DNA of 64,000 nt, taken from contig CAYREX010000006.1 of assembly GCA_964423505.1 (NCBI GenBank), forward strand, positions 930 to 64,929, given 5' to 3'. The position numbers were made by a program, and so were the translations under genes. The DNA is from an uncultured bacterium (lineage in GTDB: Bacteria; Fermentibacterota; Fermentibacteria; Fermentibacterales; JCC-6). The notes under the pieces are model-generated. The model was given only the letters and a program-made list of their open reading frames with translations, did not search any database and was not told the origin of the DNA. Positions 36,304 to 46,073 of this stretch are shown in pieces; positions within the stretch are counted from its first letter, which is position 1; each line of letters starts with the position of its first letter.

Positions 36304-37281
36304 CCGGCGCTCCCTTCCCAGCTCTCGACGATGCCGGCGCACAGCACCTCGTCCGACTGATATAAGACGCACACCTGACCGCCTGCAACGGCGCTGACGG
36401 GCCGATCGAAGGTCACCCGGAGCCCCCCGCCGAGCCACTCGGCGAGGGCCGGGCTGGGCTGCCCCCCCGACGTCAGGACCGCCTCCGCGCGGAAGGCTCC
36501 CTCCCCGGCCCCGGAGAGCCTGTTGACCCCGCGGAGCATGCAGCCGGTGCGGAGGAGGTCTGGAGCGGGGCCGACGCTCACGGTGCGGGAGCCGGGGTCC
36601 GTCGACAGGACGTAGAGGGGCTCCCGGAAGCCGGGCAGCGAAGCCCTCATCCCCACGGTGGGCCAGGCTGCGCGGACGGTGCCCAGGGGCCTCCCGTCGC
36701 GGTCTACAGCCAGGTGCTCCGCCGGGGCATCCGGCCGGGGGAAGCAGAGGTCCATGCTCTCCCTCTCCCGGAAGGGCAGGCCCCGGGCGTCGGCCATCCG
36801 CCTGACCTCCTCCTTTCTCATGCAGCCCAGCGGGAGCCATGTCCTCCGCAGGGTCTCCGCCTCCACCAGCGAGAGGAAGTAGCTCTGGTCCTTCCGGCGG
36901 CTCAGGGCACGACGCAGGGGAGGGGAGCCGGCCCTCGCGTAGTGGCCGGTGACGAGCACCTCGTCCCGGCCCAGCATGCCCGAGGGGATGGCGAGCTTCA
37001 CGGAGGCGTTGCAGAGGGCGCAGGGGTTCGGGGTGCCGCCGGAGAGCCATGTCTCCCTCGAGGGAGCGGCCACCCGGAGCTCGAACGCCGCGGCGGCCTC
37101 CACCACCTCCAGCCGGATGCCCAGCGCCCCGGCTGCGGCGGCGGCCTCCACCGGCGCTCCCTCCCCCTGCATGTCCAGGAAGCAGGCCCTGACCCTGCCG
37201 AGCCTCTCCACGGCCAGGGCGGCGGCCAGGACAGAGTCGACGCCGCCGGAGAGGGCCACCAGCGCCGATGACGCCGTCAGA
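36300..37281 (-). CDS. mnmA: tRNA-specific 2-thiouridylase MnmA
   Basis: PP-loop ALSGGVDS near the N-terminus and a CxxC region. The exact non-ATG start is uncertain. The 830-aa ORF extension overlaps gpmI and is rejected. Confidence 0.75.
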
Positions 37282-38827
37282 GGAAGAGGCTCTCCGATGT
37301 CATCTCCGGCGGCTTCGGCAGCCCCAGGAGCTCGAGAACCGTGGGCGCCACGTCCGAGAGGATTCCACGGGACCTCAGCCTCCTTTCCCGGGCATCCGCC
37401 GCGACGTAGATGAGCTCCACGGGGTTCGTGGAGTGGCTGGTCTGGACCGAGCCGCCGGCCTCCCGCATCTGCTCGGCGTTGCCGTGGTCCGCGGTCACGA
37501 GGAGCCTGGCACCGGCTTCGAGCAGCTTCGGGACCAGCCTGCCCAGGCAGCGGTCCACCGTCTCCACCGCCCTGACGGCGGCATCGAAGACCCCCGTGTG
37601 ACCGACCATGTCGCAGTTGGCGTAGTTGACCAGGACGAATGCGTAGTCCATCTCCTCCATGCGCCGGAGGAGCTCGTCCGTGACCCGCTCCGCCTCCATC
37701 TCCGGGTGGCTGGCGTAGGAGGAGGCGTCTATGCCGCTGGTCACCTCCACCTGGTCCTCCCCGGGGAAGGGCTCTGTGGACTTGCCGTTGAAGAAGCTGG
37801 TGACGTGCCGGAACTTCTGCGTCTCCGATATCCGAAGCTGCCTCAGCCCCGCCTTCGAGAGGACCTCGCCCAGGATGCCGTCCATGCCGCCGGCTCCGGA
37901 GATGGGGCTTACGATGTAGCTGTCGAAGCCGTCGTAGTACCTGGTGAGGCCCACGTAGAGCAGGTCCGGCACCGGCTCGGCCTCCCCGGGGTAATCGTCG
38001 CGCATGAAGGCCTTTGTCAGCTGGATGGCCCTGTCCTGCCTGTAGTTGGTGTGCAGCACGGTGTCGCCCGGCTCCATTCCCCGGTACCATCGCATGCGCG
38101 TGGGCGGGACGTACTCGTCGAACATCTCCTCCCCGTCCGGGGTCCTGTCGGAGCCGTAGGAGCTCTCGATGGCCTTCAACGGGTCGTCGGCCACGCGTCC
38201 CCGGCCATGGGCGATGCAGTCGTAGGCCATGTCGGTGAGGCGCCAGCTCCTGGAGCGGTCCATCCCGTAGTACCGCCCCATCATGGTGCCGAGCCTGCAG
38301 CCGCCCACCGCGGAGGCGGCCTCCAGCAGCCCCTCCATGTAGCCCACCGAGCTCCTGGGCGGCGTGTCCCTGCCGTCCAGGAAGGGGTGGAGCACTATGG
38401 AGCCCTCCGGATACTCGCTCCTGGCGCGGCGCATGAAGGCGAAGAGGTGGTCCTGGTGCGCGTGCACCCCCTCGTCCTGGAGGAGGCCGAGCAGGTGAAG
38501 GGTGGAGCGGTTCTCCCTCCAGGTGGAGACCAGCCGCCGCCAGGCTGGGGAATCCCAGATCGAGCCGCCCTCGATGCCGTCGTTCACCCGGGTCAGCTCC
38601 TGCTTCACGACCCTTCCGGCGCCCATGTTCAGGTGGCCCACCTCGCTGGACCCCTGGAAGCCCTCCGGCAGCCCGACGGCCCTGCCGGCTGCGTCCAGCA
38701 CGGTTACGGGGTACTCCGCTCGGAGCCGGTCGGTCACCGGCGTCCCGGCGGCGGCAACGGCGTTCCCCGCCTTCGAGTCCGATATGCCCCATCCGTCCCG
38801 CACGACGACTACTACCGGCTTCGGCAT
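37277..38827 (-). CDS. gpmI: 2,3-bisphosphoglycerate-independent phosphoglycerate mutase
   Basis: N-terminal PVVVVVRDGWGISDS and full-length iPGM similarity. Confidence 0.9.
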   Translation of the reverse strand: MPKPVVVVVRDGWGISDSKAGNAVAAAGTPVTDRLRAEYPVTVLDAAGRAVGLPEGFQGSSEVGHLNMGAGRVVKQELTRVNDGIEGGSIWDSPAWRRLVSTWRENRSTLHLLGLLQDEGVHAHQDHLFAFMRRARSEYPEGSIVLHPFLDGRDTPPRSSVGYMEGLLEAASAVGGCRLGTMMGRYYGMDRSRSWRLTDMAYDCIAHGRGRVADDPLKAIESSYGSDRTPDGEEMFDEYVPPTRMRWYRGMEPGDTVLHTNYRQDRAIQLTKAFMRDDYPGEAEPVPDLLYVGLTRYYDGFDSYIVSPISGAGGMDGILGEVLSKAGLRQLRISETQKFRHVTSFFNGKSTEPFPGEDQVEVTSGIDASSYASHPEMEAERVTDELLRRMEEMDYAFVLVNYANCDMVGHTGVFDAAVRAVETVDRCLGRLVPKLLEAGARLLVTADHGNAEQMREAGGSVQTSHSTNPVELIYVAADARERRLRSRGILSDVAPTVLELLGLPKPPEMTSESLFL

Positions 38828-39867
38828 CCGCCTGTCACCTCCACTCCCCCGCCATCGACCACCCGGCCGGCGACGAAGGCGGCCTCGCCCGCCTCGCGGA
38901 GAACCGACAGCGCGAAGTCGGCCTCCTCTCCGGGGACTACCGCCAGCATGCCGGCACCGAGGTTGAACACCCTCTCCATCTCGGCCTCGTCCACCTCGCC
39001 GAGCCTGCGGATGAGCCGGAAGACCGGCGGCTCCTCCCAGGATCGCTCGACGACCGCGCCGCAGCCGCCGGGAAGCACCCTGGAGAGGTTGCCGGCGAGG
39101 CCGCCTCCGGTGACGTGGGCGAGCCCCCGCACCATCCGGTGCCCGAGCAGCTCCCCCACCGGGGCCAGGTAGCTCCTGTGGACGGCCAGCAGCGCGTCCG
39201 CGACGCTCTCGCCGCCGAGGTCGTCCGGCCTCTCCTCCGGCCGGAGACCGGCGGTCTCGAAGAGCACCCTCCTGGCCAGGGAGTAGCCGTTGGTGTGGAG
39301 CCCGGAGGAGGGCAGGCCGATGACGGCGTCCCCCGGCCTGATGCCGGAGCCGTCGACGATTCTGTCGTGCTCAACCATGCCCACCACCGTGCCGGCGAGG
39401 TCGTAGTCCCCCTCGGCGTAGAAGCCGGGCATCTCCGCTGTCTCGCCTCCCAGGAGCGCGCAGCCGTTCTCCCGGCAGGCCGCCGCCAGCCCCTCCACCA
39501 GCTCCGAGACCACACCGGAGGAGAGCCTTCCGCAGGCGATGTAGTCCAGGAAGAAGAGCGGTTCCGCCCCCTGCACCAGGATGTCGTTCACGCAGTGGTT
39601 GACCAGGTCACGCCCGACGGTCCCGTAGCGGCCGGTCATCGAGGCCACCTTCATCTTCGTGCCCACTCCGTCGGTGCTGGCCGCCAGCACCGGGTTCTCC
39701 ATCCCGGAGAGGTGCGGTCGGAAGAGCCCCCCGAAGCTGCCGACGTCCGAGAGGACCCTGCCGTCGAAGGTGGAGCGGACGCTCTCACGTATCAGTGAGA
39801 CCGCCCTCCCGGCCTCCTCCAGGTCGACGCCGCTCTCCCGGTAGGTCCCCGGCATCAGAGGCACCAC
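38812..39867 (-). CDS. purM: Phosphoribosylformylglycinamidine cyclo-ligase PurM
   Basis: AIR synthetase pattern (YRESGVDLEEAG, and a HVTGGGL region). Confidence 0.9.
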   Translation of the reverse strand: MVPLMPGTYRESGVDLEEAGRAVSLIRESVRSTFDGRVLSDVGSFGGLFRPHLSGMENPVLAASTDGVGTKMKVASMTGRYGTVGRDLVNHCVNDILVQGAEPLFFLDYIACGRLSSGVVSELVEGLAAACRENGCALLGGETAEMPGFYAEGDYDLAGTVVGMVEHDRIVDGSGIRPGDAVIGLPSSGLHTNGYSLARRVLFETAGLRPEERPDDLGGESVADALLAVHRSYLAPVGELLGHRMVRGLAHVTGGGLAGNLSRVLPGGCGAVVERSWEEPPVFRLIRRLGEVDEAEMERVFNLGAGMLAVVPGEEADFALSVLREAGEAAFVAGRVVDGGGVEVTGGCRSR

Positions 39868-40772
39868 TCGCCCAGCTGGTTGGTGGAGAGGAAGTACTCG
39901 AGGCGCTCGTCTATGCCGTCCCTGGTCAGCTCCCTGAGGTTGGTGACCCCGAAGCCGCTCACGGCGTAGCTGGCGTTCACCGATCCGTAGGCCAGCCCCT
40001 TCTTCACCAGCTGGTGGTCCAGCGGCCTGTCGCAGCCGGATATGTATCCGAGCATCCCGGAGGCGAAGGTGTCCCCGGCGCCGGTCGGGTCAACTATGCT
40101 GCGGAGGGGGAAGGCGGGGAGGTTGAACAGGCCCTCCCGGTCGAAGACCATGGCTCCGGCGGCGCCCATCTTCACCACGGCGTAGGAGGGGCCCTGGTCC
40201 AGCAGGAAGTCCGCCGCCTCGAAGAGGTTGGACCTCCTGGAGAGCTGCCTGGCCTCCGAGCTGTTCACGAACACGATGTCGACCCTGTGCAGGACGTCCA
40301 GCACCCGGTCCCGCTTCTGGTCTATCCAGAGGTTCATCGTGTCCACGGCGATCCACCTCGGGTCGCTCACCTGGTCGAGGACGCTCAGCTGCAGCTCCGG
40401 GTCTATGTTGGCCAGGAAGACGCACTCCGTCCTGTCGTAGCCCTCCGGTATGCTGGGGGAGAAGCTGGCGAAGACTCCCAACTCCGTCCTGACCGTCCTG
40501 GCGTCGCCGAAGTCGGGACCGTAGACGCCCTCCCACCTGAAGGTGGGCCCCTGACCGGTTGCCAGGCCCCTCACGTCGATGCCCCGCTCGGCGAGGAAGC
40601 GCTTCTCCGGCATGGGGAAGTCCGGCCCGACAACGCCGACCACCCTTACGATGTCGTAGCAGGAGGCGCCCAGGGAGAAGTAGACGGCGGAGCCGCCCAG
40701 CGTCTCCTCCACCTTCCCCGCGGGGGTCGTGAGGGTGTCCAGAGCTACTGAGCCAACGACCAAGAGTGCCAT
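39855..40772 (-). CDS. PfkB-family carbohydrate kinase
   Basis: PfkB signature DPTGAGDTFASG near the C-terminus. Confidence 0.75.
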   Translation of the reverse strand: MALLVVGSVALDTLTTPAGKVEETLGGSAVYFSLGASCYDIVRVVGVVGPDFPMPEKRFLAERGIDVRGLATGQGPTFRWEGVYGPDFGDARTVRTELGVFASFSPSIPEGYDRTECVFLANIDPELQLSVLDQVSDPRWIAVDTMNLWIDQKRDRVLDVLHRVDIVFVNSSEARQLSRRSNLFEAADFLLDQGPSYAVVKMGAAGAMVFDREGLFNLPAFPLRSIVDPTGAGDTFASGMLGYISGCDRPLDHQLVKKGLAYGSVNASYAVSGFGVTNLRELTRDGIDERLEYFLSTNQLGEWCL

Positions 40773-40793
40773 GTCCTCCCGCCTTTCCGGCGC

Positions 40794-42497
40794 TTACATC
40801 CTCTCGGGGGCGCAGACCCCCAGAATACCGAGCACGTCCGCCACTGTCCTCCTGCAGGCCTCGCAGAGCAGGAGCCTGGCGGAGGAGACCTCCGGGGCGC
40901 CCGGGTCGACGACCCTGACGTCCTGGTAGAACCGATGGAAGCCGGTGGCCAGCTCGGCGAGCAGCTCGGTGAGCCTGTGGGGCTCCAGCGCCGCGGCTGC
41001 CGCGGCAACCCTCGGCGGCACCGACTCCAGCTGGCGCATGAGCTCCCTCTCCCTGGGGCCGTCCAGCAGCCGGGCCAGCTCCGGGGCCTCCGCCTCCTCT
41101 CCGGGGAGGCCTATGCCGGCCTCCTCGGCGGTCCTCAGTATCCCGCTTATCCGGGCATGCGCGTACTGGACGTAGTAGACCGGGTTCTCCTCCGACTGGC
41201 TCCGGGCCAGGTCCAGGTCGAACTCCATGTGCGCCTCGGCCCTCCTTGTCAGGAAGAGGTAGCGGGTCACGTCCACCGAGCCCACCTCCTCCACCAGTCC
41301 GCGCAGTGTGACGAACTCCCCTGCCCTGGTGGACATCTTCACCTGCCTGCCCTCGCGCACCAGGGTGACGAACTGGTGTATGACCACCCGGAGCCTCTCC
41401 GCCTCCTCCGGTCTGAGTGCGGAGACCACCGCGGTCACGTCCCTGCTGGTGTCGATGTGGTCGGAGCCGAAGACGTCCACCGAGAGGTCGTATCCCCGGC
41501 CCAGCTTCTCCAGGTGGTAGGCGATGTCGGGCATCCTGTAGGTGTACTCGCCGCTCTCCCTCCTGACCACCCTGTCCTCTGGCCTTCCCAGGGCGGTCAG
41601 CCGGAGCCAGAGCTTGCCGGAGCCGGAAGGCTCCTCGTAGACCAGTCCTCCCGGGTGCCCGGGAAGCTCCCGGAGCTCGTGAAGGGTCCGCTCCACCGCT
41701 CCCGGTATCAGCTCGCTCTCCCTGAAGTACCGGTCGAAACGGATACCCAGCAGCTCCAGGTCCCCCTCGATGCTCTCCATGGCCCTCTCGGTGGCCACCC
41801 GCCGGAACAGCTCCCGGTCCCGCTCCCGGTCGAGGCCGGACCCGCGGGCCTCCAGGAGCTCTTCGGCCCAGGCGGAGACGTAGGAGCCCTCGTACCCTCC
41901 CTCGGGTACCGGGACGTCCTCTCCGAGGAGCTGACGGTACCGTGCGGCCAGCGAGAGGCCGAGCAGCCTCGTCTGCCTTCCGGCGTCGTTGTAGTAGTAC
42001 TCCCTCTCCACCTCCCAGCCGACGGCCTCCAGAAGGCCGGATATGGCCTCACCCAGGACGGCCTGCCTGCAGTGCCCGACGGTGAGGGGGCCGGTGGGGT
42101 TGGAGCTGACGAACTCCACCAGGGCCCTTCGGCCCTCTCCGGCGGCGGGGAGCATCGGCCGGAGGCCGTCGACGGCCAGACGGGCGGCCGTGCCGGCCAG
42201 GTACGGAAGCGAGAGCCTGATGTTCAGGAAGCCCGGTCCGTCGACGGTGGCCGATGCCACCGCATCGGTGGCCACCGAGAGGGCGTCACGCATCAGGCCG
42301 GCTATCTCCCGGGGTGGCCGCCGCACCTGCGAGGCGAGCCTCAGGGCCGTCGCGGAGGAGAGGTCGCCGAGCTCCAGGTTGTCGGAGGCGGCGACCTCCG
42401 GCGGACCGGAGGGGATGTCATCTCCCCAGCGCTCCCGGAGCGCCCGCTGCAGGACCTCGGCGAGCAGCCGCCTCAGGCCTGTCGGTGAAGGGTTCAA
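40794..42497 (-). CDS. argS: Arginine--tRNA ligase
   Basis: Class I motifs SSNPTGPLTVGHCR (HIGH-like) and KMSTR, and a DALR-type C-terminus. Confidence 0.9.
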   Translation of the reverse strand: MNPSPTGLRRLLAEVLQRALRERWGDDIPSGPPEVAASDNLELGDLSSATALRLASQVRRPPREIAGLMRDALSVATDAVASATVDGPGFLNIRLSLPYLAGTAARLAVDGLRPMLPAAGEGRRALVEFVSSNPTGPLTVGHCRQAVLGEAISGLLEAVGWEVEREYYYNDAGRQTRLLGLSLAARYRQLLGEDVPVPEGGYEGSYVSAWAEELLEARGSGLDRERDRELFRRVATERAMESIEGDLELLGIRFDRYFRESELIPGAVERTLHELRELPGHPGGLVYEEPSGSGKLWLRLTALGRPEDRVVRRESGEYTYRMPDIAYHLEKLGRGYDLSVDVFGSDHIDTSRDVTAVVSALRPEEAERLRVVIHQFVTLVREGRQVKMSTRAGEFVTLRGLVEEVGSVDVTRYLFLTRRAEAHMEFDLDLARSQSEENPVYYVQYAHARISGILRTAEEAGIGLPGEEAEAPELARLLDGPRERELMRQLESVPPRVAAAAAALEPHRLTELLAELATGFHRFYQDVRVVDPGAPEVSSARLLLCEACRRTVADVLGILGVCAPERM

Positions 42498-42853
42498 GTG
42501 GCCTCGTCGCCTTCGTCGGGGAAATCGAGCCTCGGGACGTCGCTCCAGAGCATCTCCAGGGCGTAGTACGCCCGCCTGTCCGGCAGGAAGATGTGCACCA
42601 CCAGCTCTATCAGGTCGATGAGTATCCAGCTGCCCTCGTCGTATCCCTCCACGTGGTGCCTGGAGAGCCCGGTCTCCTTCGCCGCCCGCTGCACGCTGTC
42701 AGCCATGGCCCTGGCCTGTATCCTGTTCTCCGCGGTGGCTATCAGGAAGATGTCCATGGTAAGCGGCATCCCGCTCATGTCCAGCGCCACCACGTCCCGC
42801 CCGTGCAGCTCGTGAAGGGCACGCACGATCCTCTCGAGGACCTCGTCAGCCAA
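42494..42853 (-). CDS. rsfS: Ribosome silencing factor RsfS (Iojap)
   Basis: Size and pattern ALHELHGRDVVALDMSGM..DIFLIATA. Confidence 0.85.
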   Translation of the reverse strand: MADEVLERIVRALHELHGRDVVALDMSGMPLTMDIFLIATAENRIQARAMADSVQRAAKETGLSRHHVEGYDEGSWILIDLIELVVHIFLPDRRAYYALEMLWSDVPRLDFPDEGDEAT

Positions 42854-42867
42854 GCGTCACCTCCAGA

Positions 42868-43386
42868 CTAGAGCCCCGCGGGTGGGTCCGCGGCGAAATC
42901 CTGTCCCAGGCAGACGGTCACCTCGACCTCGGGGTCCTCCCGGACCTCCCAGACCACACGGGTCTCCGGCAGCCCCAGCGCGCCGGCTATCTCCCGGGCG
43001 GCGGTAAGGTCCCTCACGTGGGATACTATCACGCTCTCGTAGTAGGGCTTCCAATCGGTGTCCGACGGCTCGCCAGGGGCGACCACGGTCATGCCGATAT
43101 CGCCGGCACCGAGGATGTAGCGCTGCGTCCGTCCGGCCAGGCCGTCCTCCATGGTCCCGTTCAGCACCAGCATGCGCACCGTGTCCGGCAGGGCGGGCTG
43201 CGGCTCTCCACCGATCTCGGGGGAGGCGGCCGCCGTATCCGCCTCCGGCTCCGCCGCCCCCTCCGCCGGCCCGGCCGGCTCCTCCCCCGCACCCGGGGGG
43301 GGTACGAGGACCGTAAGGGCTATCACCCCGAGGGCCACCGCCGCTATGGCCCAGCGCCAGGGGAAGCCGCCGCGTCCGCCGCTCAT
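42868..43386 (-). CDS. LytR_C-domain-like membrane-anchored protein
   Basis: N-terminal TM segment, a Pro/Ala/Glu linker, and a C-terminal region resembling the LytR C-terminal domain. Start at MSGGRGG. Confidence 0.4.
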   Translation of the reverse strand: MSGGRGGFPWRWAIAAVALGVIALTVLVPPPGAGEEPAGPAEGAAEPEADTAAASPEIGGEPQPALPDTVRMLVLNGTMEDGLAGRTQRYILGAGDIGMTVVAPGEPSDTDWKPYYESVIVSHVRDLTAAREIAGALGLPETRVVWEVREDPEVEVTVCLGQDFAADPPAGL

Positions 43387-43889
43387 CGGTCCCCTCCCGC
43401 ATCGCCGAAGAAGGGGACGAGGGTCTCGTAGCTCTCCTCCAGCATCCTGGAGAGGACCCTCGTCTGGGCCACGGACGTCATGAAGTTCACGTCGCCCGGC
43501 CACCTGGGCAGCACGTGGAGGTGGAGGTGGCCCTCTATGCCGGCGCCGGCGCAGGAGCCGATGTTCCAGCCGCCGTTGATCCCCTCGCAGCCGAGACCCT
43601 CGGCCAGGGCCCTCTCGCAGTTGCAGAGGAGCTCGGTGACCGTGCGCGACTCCTCCGGGGTGAGGCTGCTCATGTCCGGCAGGTGACGGGTGCAGACCAC
43701 CATCATGTGACCGTCTATGTAGGGGTAGCGGTTGAGGACGACGAAGGCGCCGGCCTCCCTCCGGAGAACGTAGTTGGGTCGGTCCAGCTCCGGTGAGCCG
43801 GCTATCCCGCAGAGGACGCATCCCTCCCGCCGGTCGCCGTCTATGTACTCCCTGCGCCAGGGCGCCCAGAGCCTGCCGGGGCCGCTCAA
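43383..43889 (-). CDS. HIT-family protein (GalT/Ap4A-phosphorylase-like)
   Basis: HIT motif GHLHLHVLPR and N-terminal LWAPWRREY. Proposed TTG start overlaps the upstream stop (TTGA); the in-ORF upstream ATG is an alternative. Confidence 0.65.
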   Translation of the reverse strand: MSGPGRLWAPWRREYIDGDRREGCVLCGIAGSPELDRPNYVLRREAGAFVVLNRYPYIDGHMMVVCTRHLPDMSSLTPEESRTVTELLCNCERALAEGLGCEGINGGWNIGSCAGAGIEGHLHLHVLPRWPGDVNFMTSVAQTRVLSRMLEESYETLVPFFGDAGGDR

Positions 43890-44842
43890 GCGTCCCCCCC
43901 GCCGGCAAGGACCGTGTAGGGGGCCAGCACCGTTCCCGGGCCGACATCCGCCTTCTCGACGATGCATCCGTCCATTATCCTGCAGCCGTCACCGACGGAG
44001 GTCCCGCCGGAGAGCCTGACGCCCCTTCCAACGTAGACGTCGCGGCCTATCTCGACGCCCTCCTCTATCCATACCGAGCCGGGGTCCGGGATGGTGACGC
44101 CGGCCCGCATGTGCCCCTCCAGCACCCGCAGCCGGAGGCAGTCGGTGGCCTCGGCCAGCTGGACCCGGTCGTTGACGCCGCTGACCTCCCGCCAGTCATC
44201 CGCCAGCACCGCGGCACACCTTGTCCCGGTATCCCGTGCGGCCACCACCGCGTCGGTCAGGTAGTACTCACCCTGGTCGTTGTCGCTGCCTATCATCCCG
44301 AGCAGGCCCGGCAGCAGGTCTCCGCCGAAGGACATGATGCCGGTGTTGACCTCCTGGACCTGTCGCTGGGACGGGGTGGCGTCACGCTCCTCCACTATGC
44401 AGGAGAGGAGACCGTTCTCCCTGATTATCCTGCCGTAGCCGGTCGGGTCGGGCGGCTTCATGGTAAGAACCGCCAGACCGGCGCCGAGGGAGGTCCTGCG
44501 CTCCTCCAGCAGCTCTATGGTGCCGCTCTCCACCAGGGGGACGTCTCCGAGGAGGACGACTACCGGCCCCTCCCCGAGCGAGTCGATGGCGCAGGAGACC
44601 GCGTGGGCCGTACCGAGCTGCTCCTCCTGCACCGCCCACTCCGCTCCCTCGCTCTCCACGAGGGGGATGATCAGCTCGCGTCCGTGGCCGACGACGACGA
44701 CCACCCTCTCGAGGCCGGCCGCCCGCGCACCGGATATCACCCGGGAGATCATGGGTCTTCCCAGGACGGGATGCATGACCTTGGGGAGGTCCGATCTCAT
44801 CCGCCTGCCCTGGCCCGCGGCCAGGATGACGCAGCTGCTCAA
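43886..44842 (-). CDS. GlmU-like N-acetylglucosamine-1-phosphate uridylyltransferase, short form (318 aa)
   Basis: ILAAGQGRRMRSDLPKVMH, LGTAHA, and GEYYLTD motifs of the GlmU N-domain. Only the first turns of the left-handed beta-helix are present; the acetyltransferase region is truncated. Confidence 0.65.
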   Translation of the reverse strand: MSSCVILAAGQGRRMRSDLPKVMHPVLGRPMISRVISGARAAGLERVVVVVGHGRELIIPLVESEGAEWAVQEEQLGTAHAVSCAIDSLGEGPVVVLLGDVPLVESGTIELLEERRTSLGAGLAVLTMKPPDPTGYGRIIRENGLLSCIVEERDATPSQRQVQEVNTGIMSFGGDLLPGLLGMIGSDNDQGEYYLTDAVVAARDTGTRCAAVLADDWREVSGVNDRVQLAEATDCLRLRVLEGHMRAGVTIPDPGSVWIEEGVEIGRDVYVGRGVRLSGGTSVGDGCRIMDGCIVEKADVGPGTVLAPYTVLAGGGDA

Positions 44843-45198
44843 CTGTCCAGCAGCCTGGGCGAGAGGTTCTCCCCGTCGGCCACGACGACCTTTGGCGAGG
44901 GGACCTCGTCATCCCGGTCGAGCCAGACGAACTGCAGGACGATGCAGCGGTCGCCGGGGCATACGAGCCTGGCCGCCGCGCCGTTTATGCAGACGGTCCC
45001 GCTGCCCCTCTCACCCTCTATCACGTAGGTCTCGAAGCGGCTGCCGGTGTCCAGGTCGGCCACCAGAACCCTCTCCCACGGCCTTATGCCGGAGATGTCC
45101 AGCAGGTCCGGGTCCAGGGTGATGGAGCCGACGTAGTCCAGGTCGGCGCCGGTTATCACCATCCTGTGGAGCTTCGCTCCCAAGTAGCACCTGAGCAA
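44839..45198 (-). CDS. panD: Aspartate 1-decarboxylase
   Basis: MLRCYLGAKLHRMVITGADLDYVGSITLD is the PanD N-terminus with the Gly-Ser self-cleavage site. Confidence 0.9.
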   Translation of the reverse strand: MLRCYLGAKLHRMVITGADLDYVGSITLDPDLLDISGIRPWERVLVADLDTGSRFETYVIEGERGSGTVCINGAAARLVCPGDRCIVLQFVWLDRDDEVPSPKVVVADGENLSPRLLDS

Positions 45199-45199
45199 G

Positions 45200-46072
45200 T
45201 CAGTCCTCCTCCGGAGGTCCCTCTCCGAGGACCATGTTGTCTATTAGCCTCGTGCCGCCGACGAAGGCGGCCACGGCGATTATGCAGCCGCTCGTGGCCT
45301 TCTCAACCGGCACCATGTCGTCCGGCGAGACGACCTCGGCGTACTGCACGCGGAGGAGCGGGGCCTCACCGAGGACGTCCAGGAGCTCGCGCCTGAGGGC
45401 GGAGGACCGGCGAACGCCGTAACGGTAGGCCGCACAGGCCCGGAGGAGCCCCCGGTGAAGGGCCGCGGCCTGCACCCTCTCCTCCCCCCGAAGATAGCTG
45501 TTGCGGGAGCTCATAGCCAGACCGTCCGGCTCCCGGACGATGGGCGCGGGGACTATCCGGACGCCCATCCGGAGGTCCCGGACCATCCGCCGGACAGCGG
45601 CCAGCTGCTGGGCGTCCTTCATGCCGAAGACCGCCGCGGTCGGCCTCACGATGCCGAAGAGAACGGCGCACACGGTGGTCACTCCGTCGAAGTGGCCCGA
45701 CCGGTACCTCCCGCAGAGACCATCCGTGAGCCCGGATACGCTGACCGTGGTGCTGAAGCCGGGCGGATAGACCTCCTCGGCGGGAGGCGCCAGGAGAAGG
45801 TCCGCACCGGCCGCGCCGAGCAGCTCCCTGTCCCGCTCGAGGTCGCGGGGGTAGCTCTCCAGGTCCTCCCCCTCGCAGAACTGGGTCGGGTTCACGAAGA
45901 CCGAGACGACCGTCCGGTCGCAGAGCCGCACCGCCTTCTCGACCAGGCTGAGGTGGCCCTCGTGCAGGGCGCCCATGGTCGGCACCAGCGCGACGGTCAG
46001 CCGCTCATCCCTCCAGCCCTCGGCGACCCTACCGGCGTGGTCGCAGCTTCGGGTCAGCTCGGGGAGGGCCAA
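45200..46072 (-). CDS. panC: Pantoate--beta-alanine ligase
   Basis: VPTMGALHEGHLSL HIGH-type motif and full-length similarity. Confidence 0.9.
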   Translation of the reverse strand: MALPELTRSCDHAGRVAEGWRDERLTVALVPTMGALHEGHLSLVEKAVRLCDRTVVSVFVNPTQFCEGEDLESYPRDLERDRELLGAAGADLLLAPPAEEVYPPGFSTTVSVSGLTDGLCGRYRSGHFDGVTTVCAVLFGIVRPTAAVFGMKDAQQLAAVRRMVRDLRMGVRIVPAPIVREPDGLAMSSRNSYLRGEERVQAAALHRGLLRACAAYRYGVRRSSALRRELLDVLGEAPLLRVQYAEVVSPDDMVPVEKATSGCIIAVAAFVGGTRLIDNMVLGEGPPEED

Positions 46073-46073
46073 C

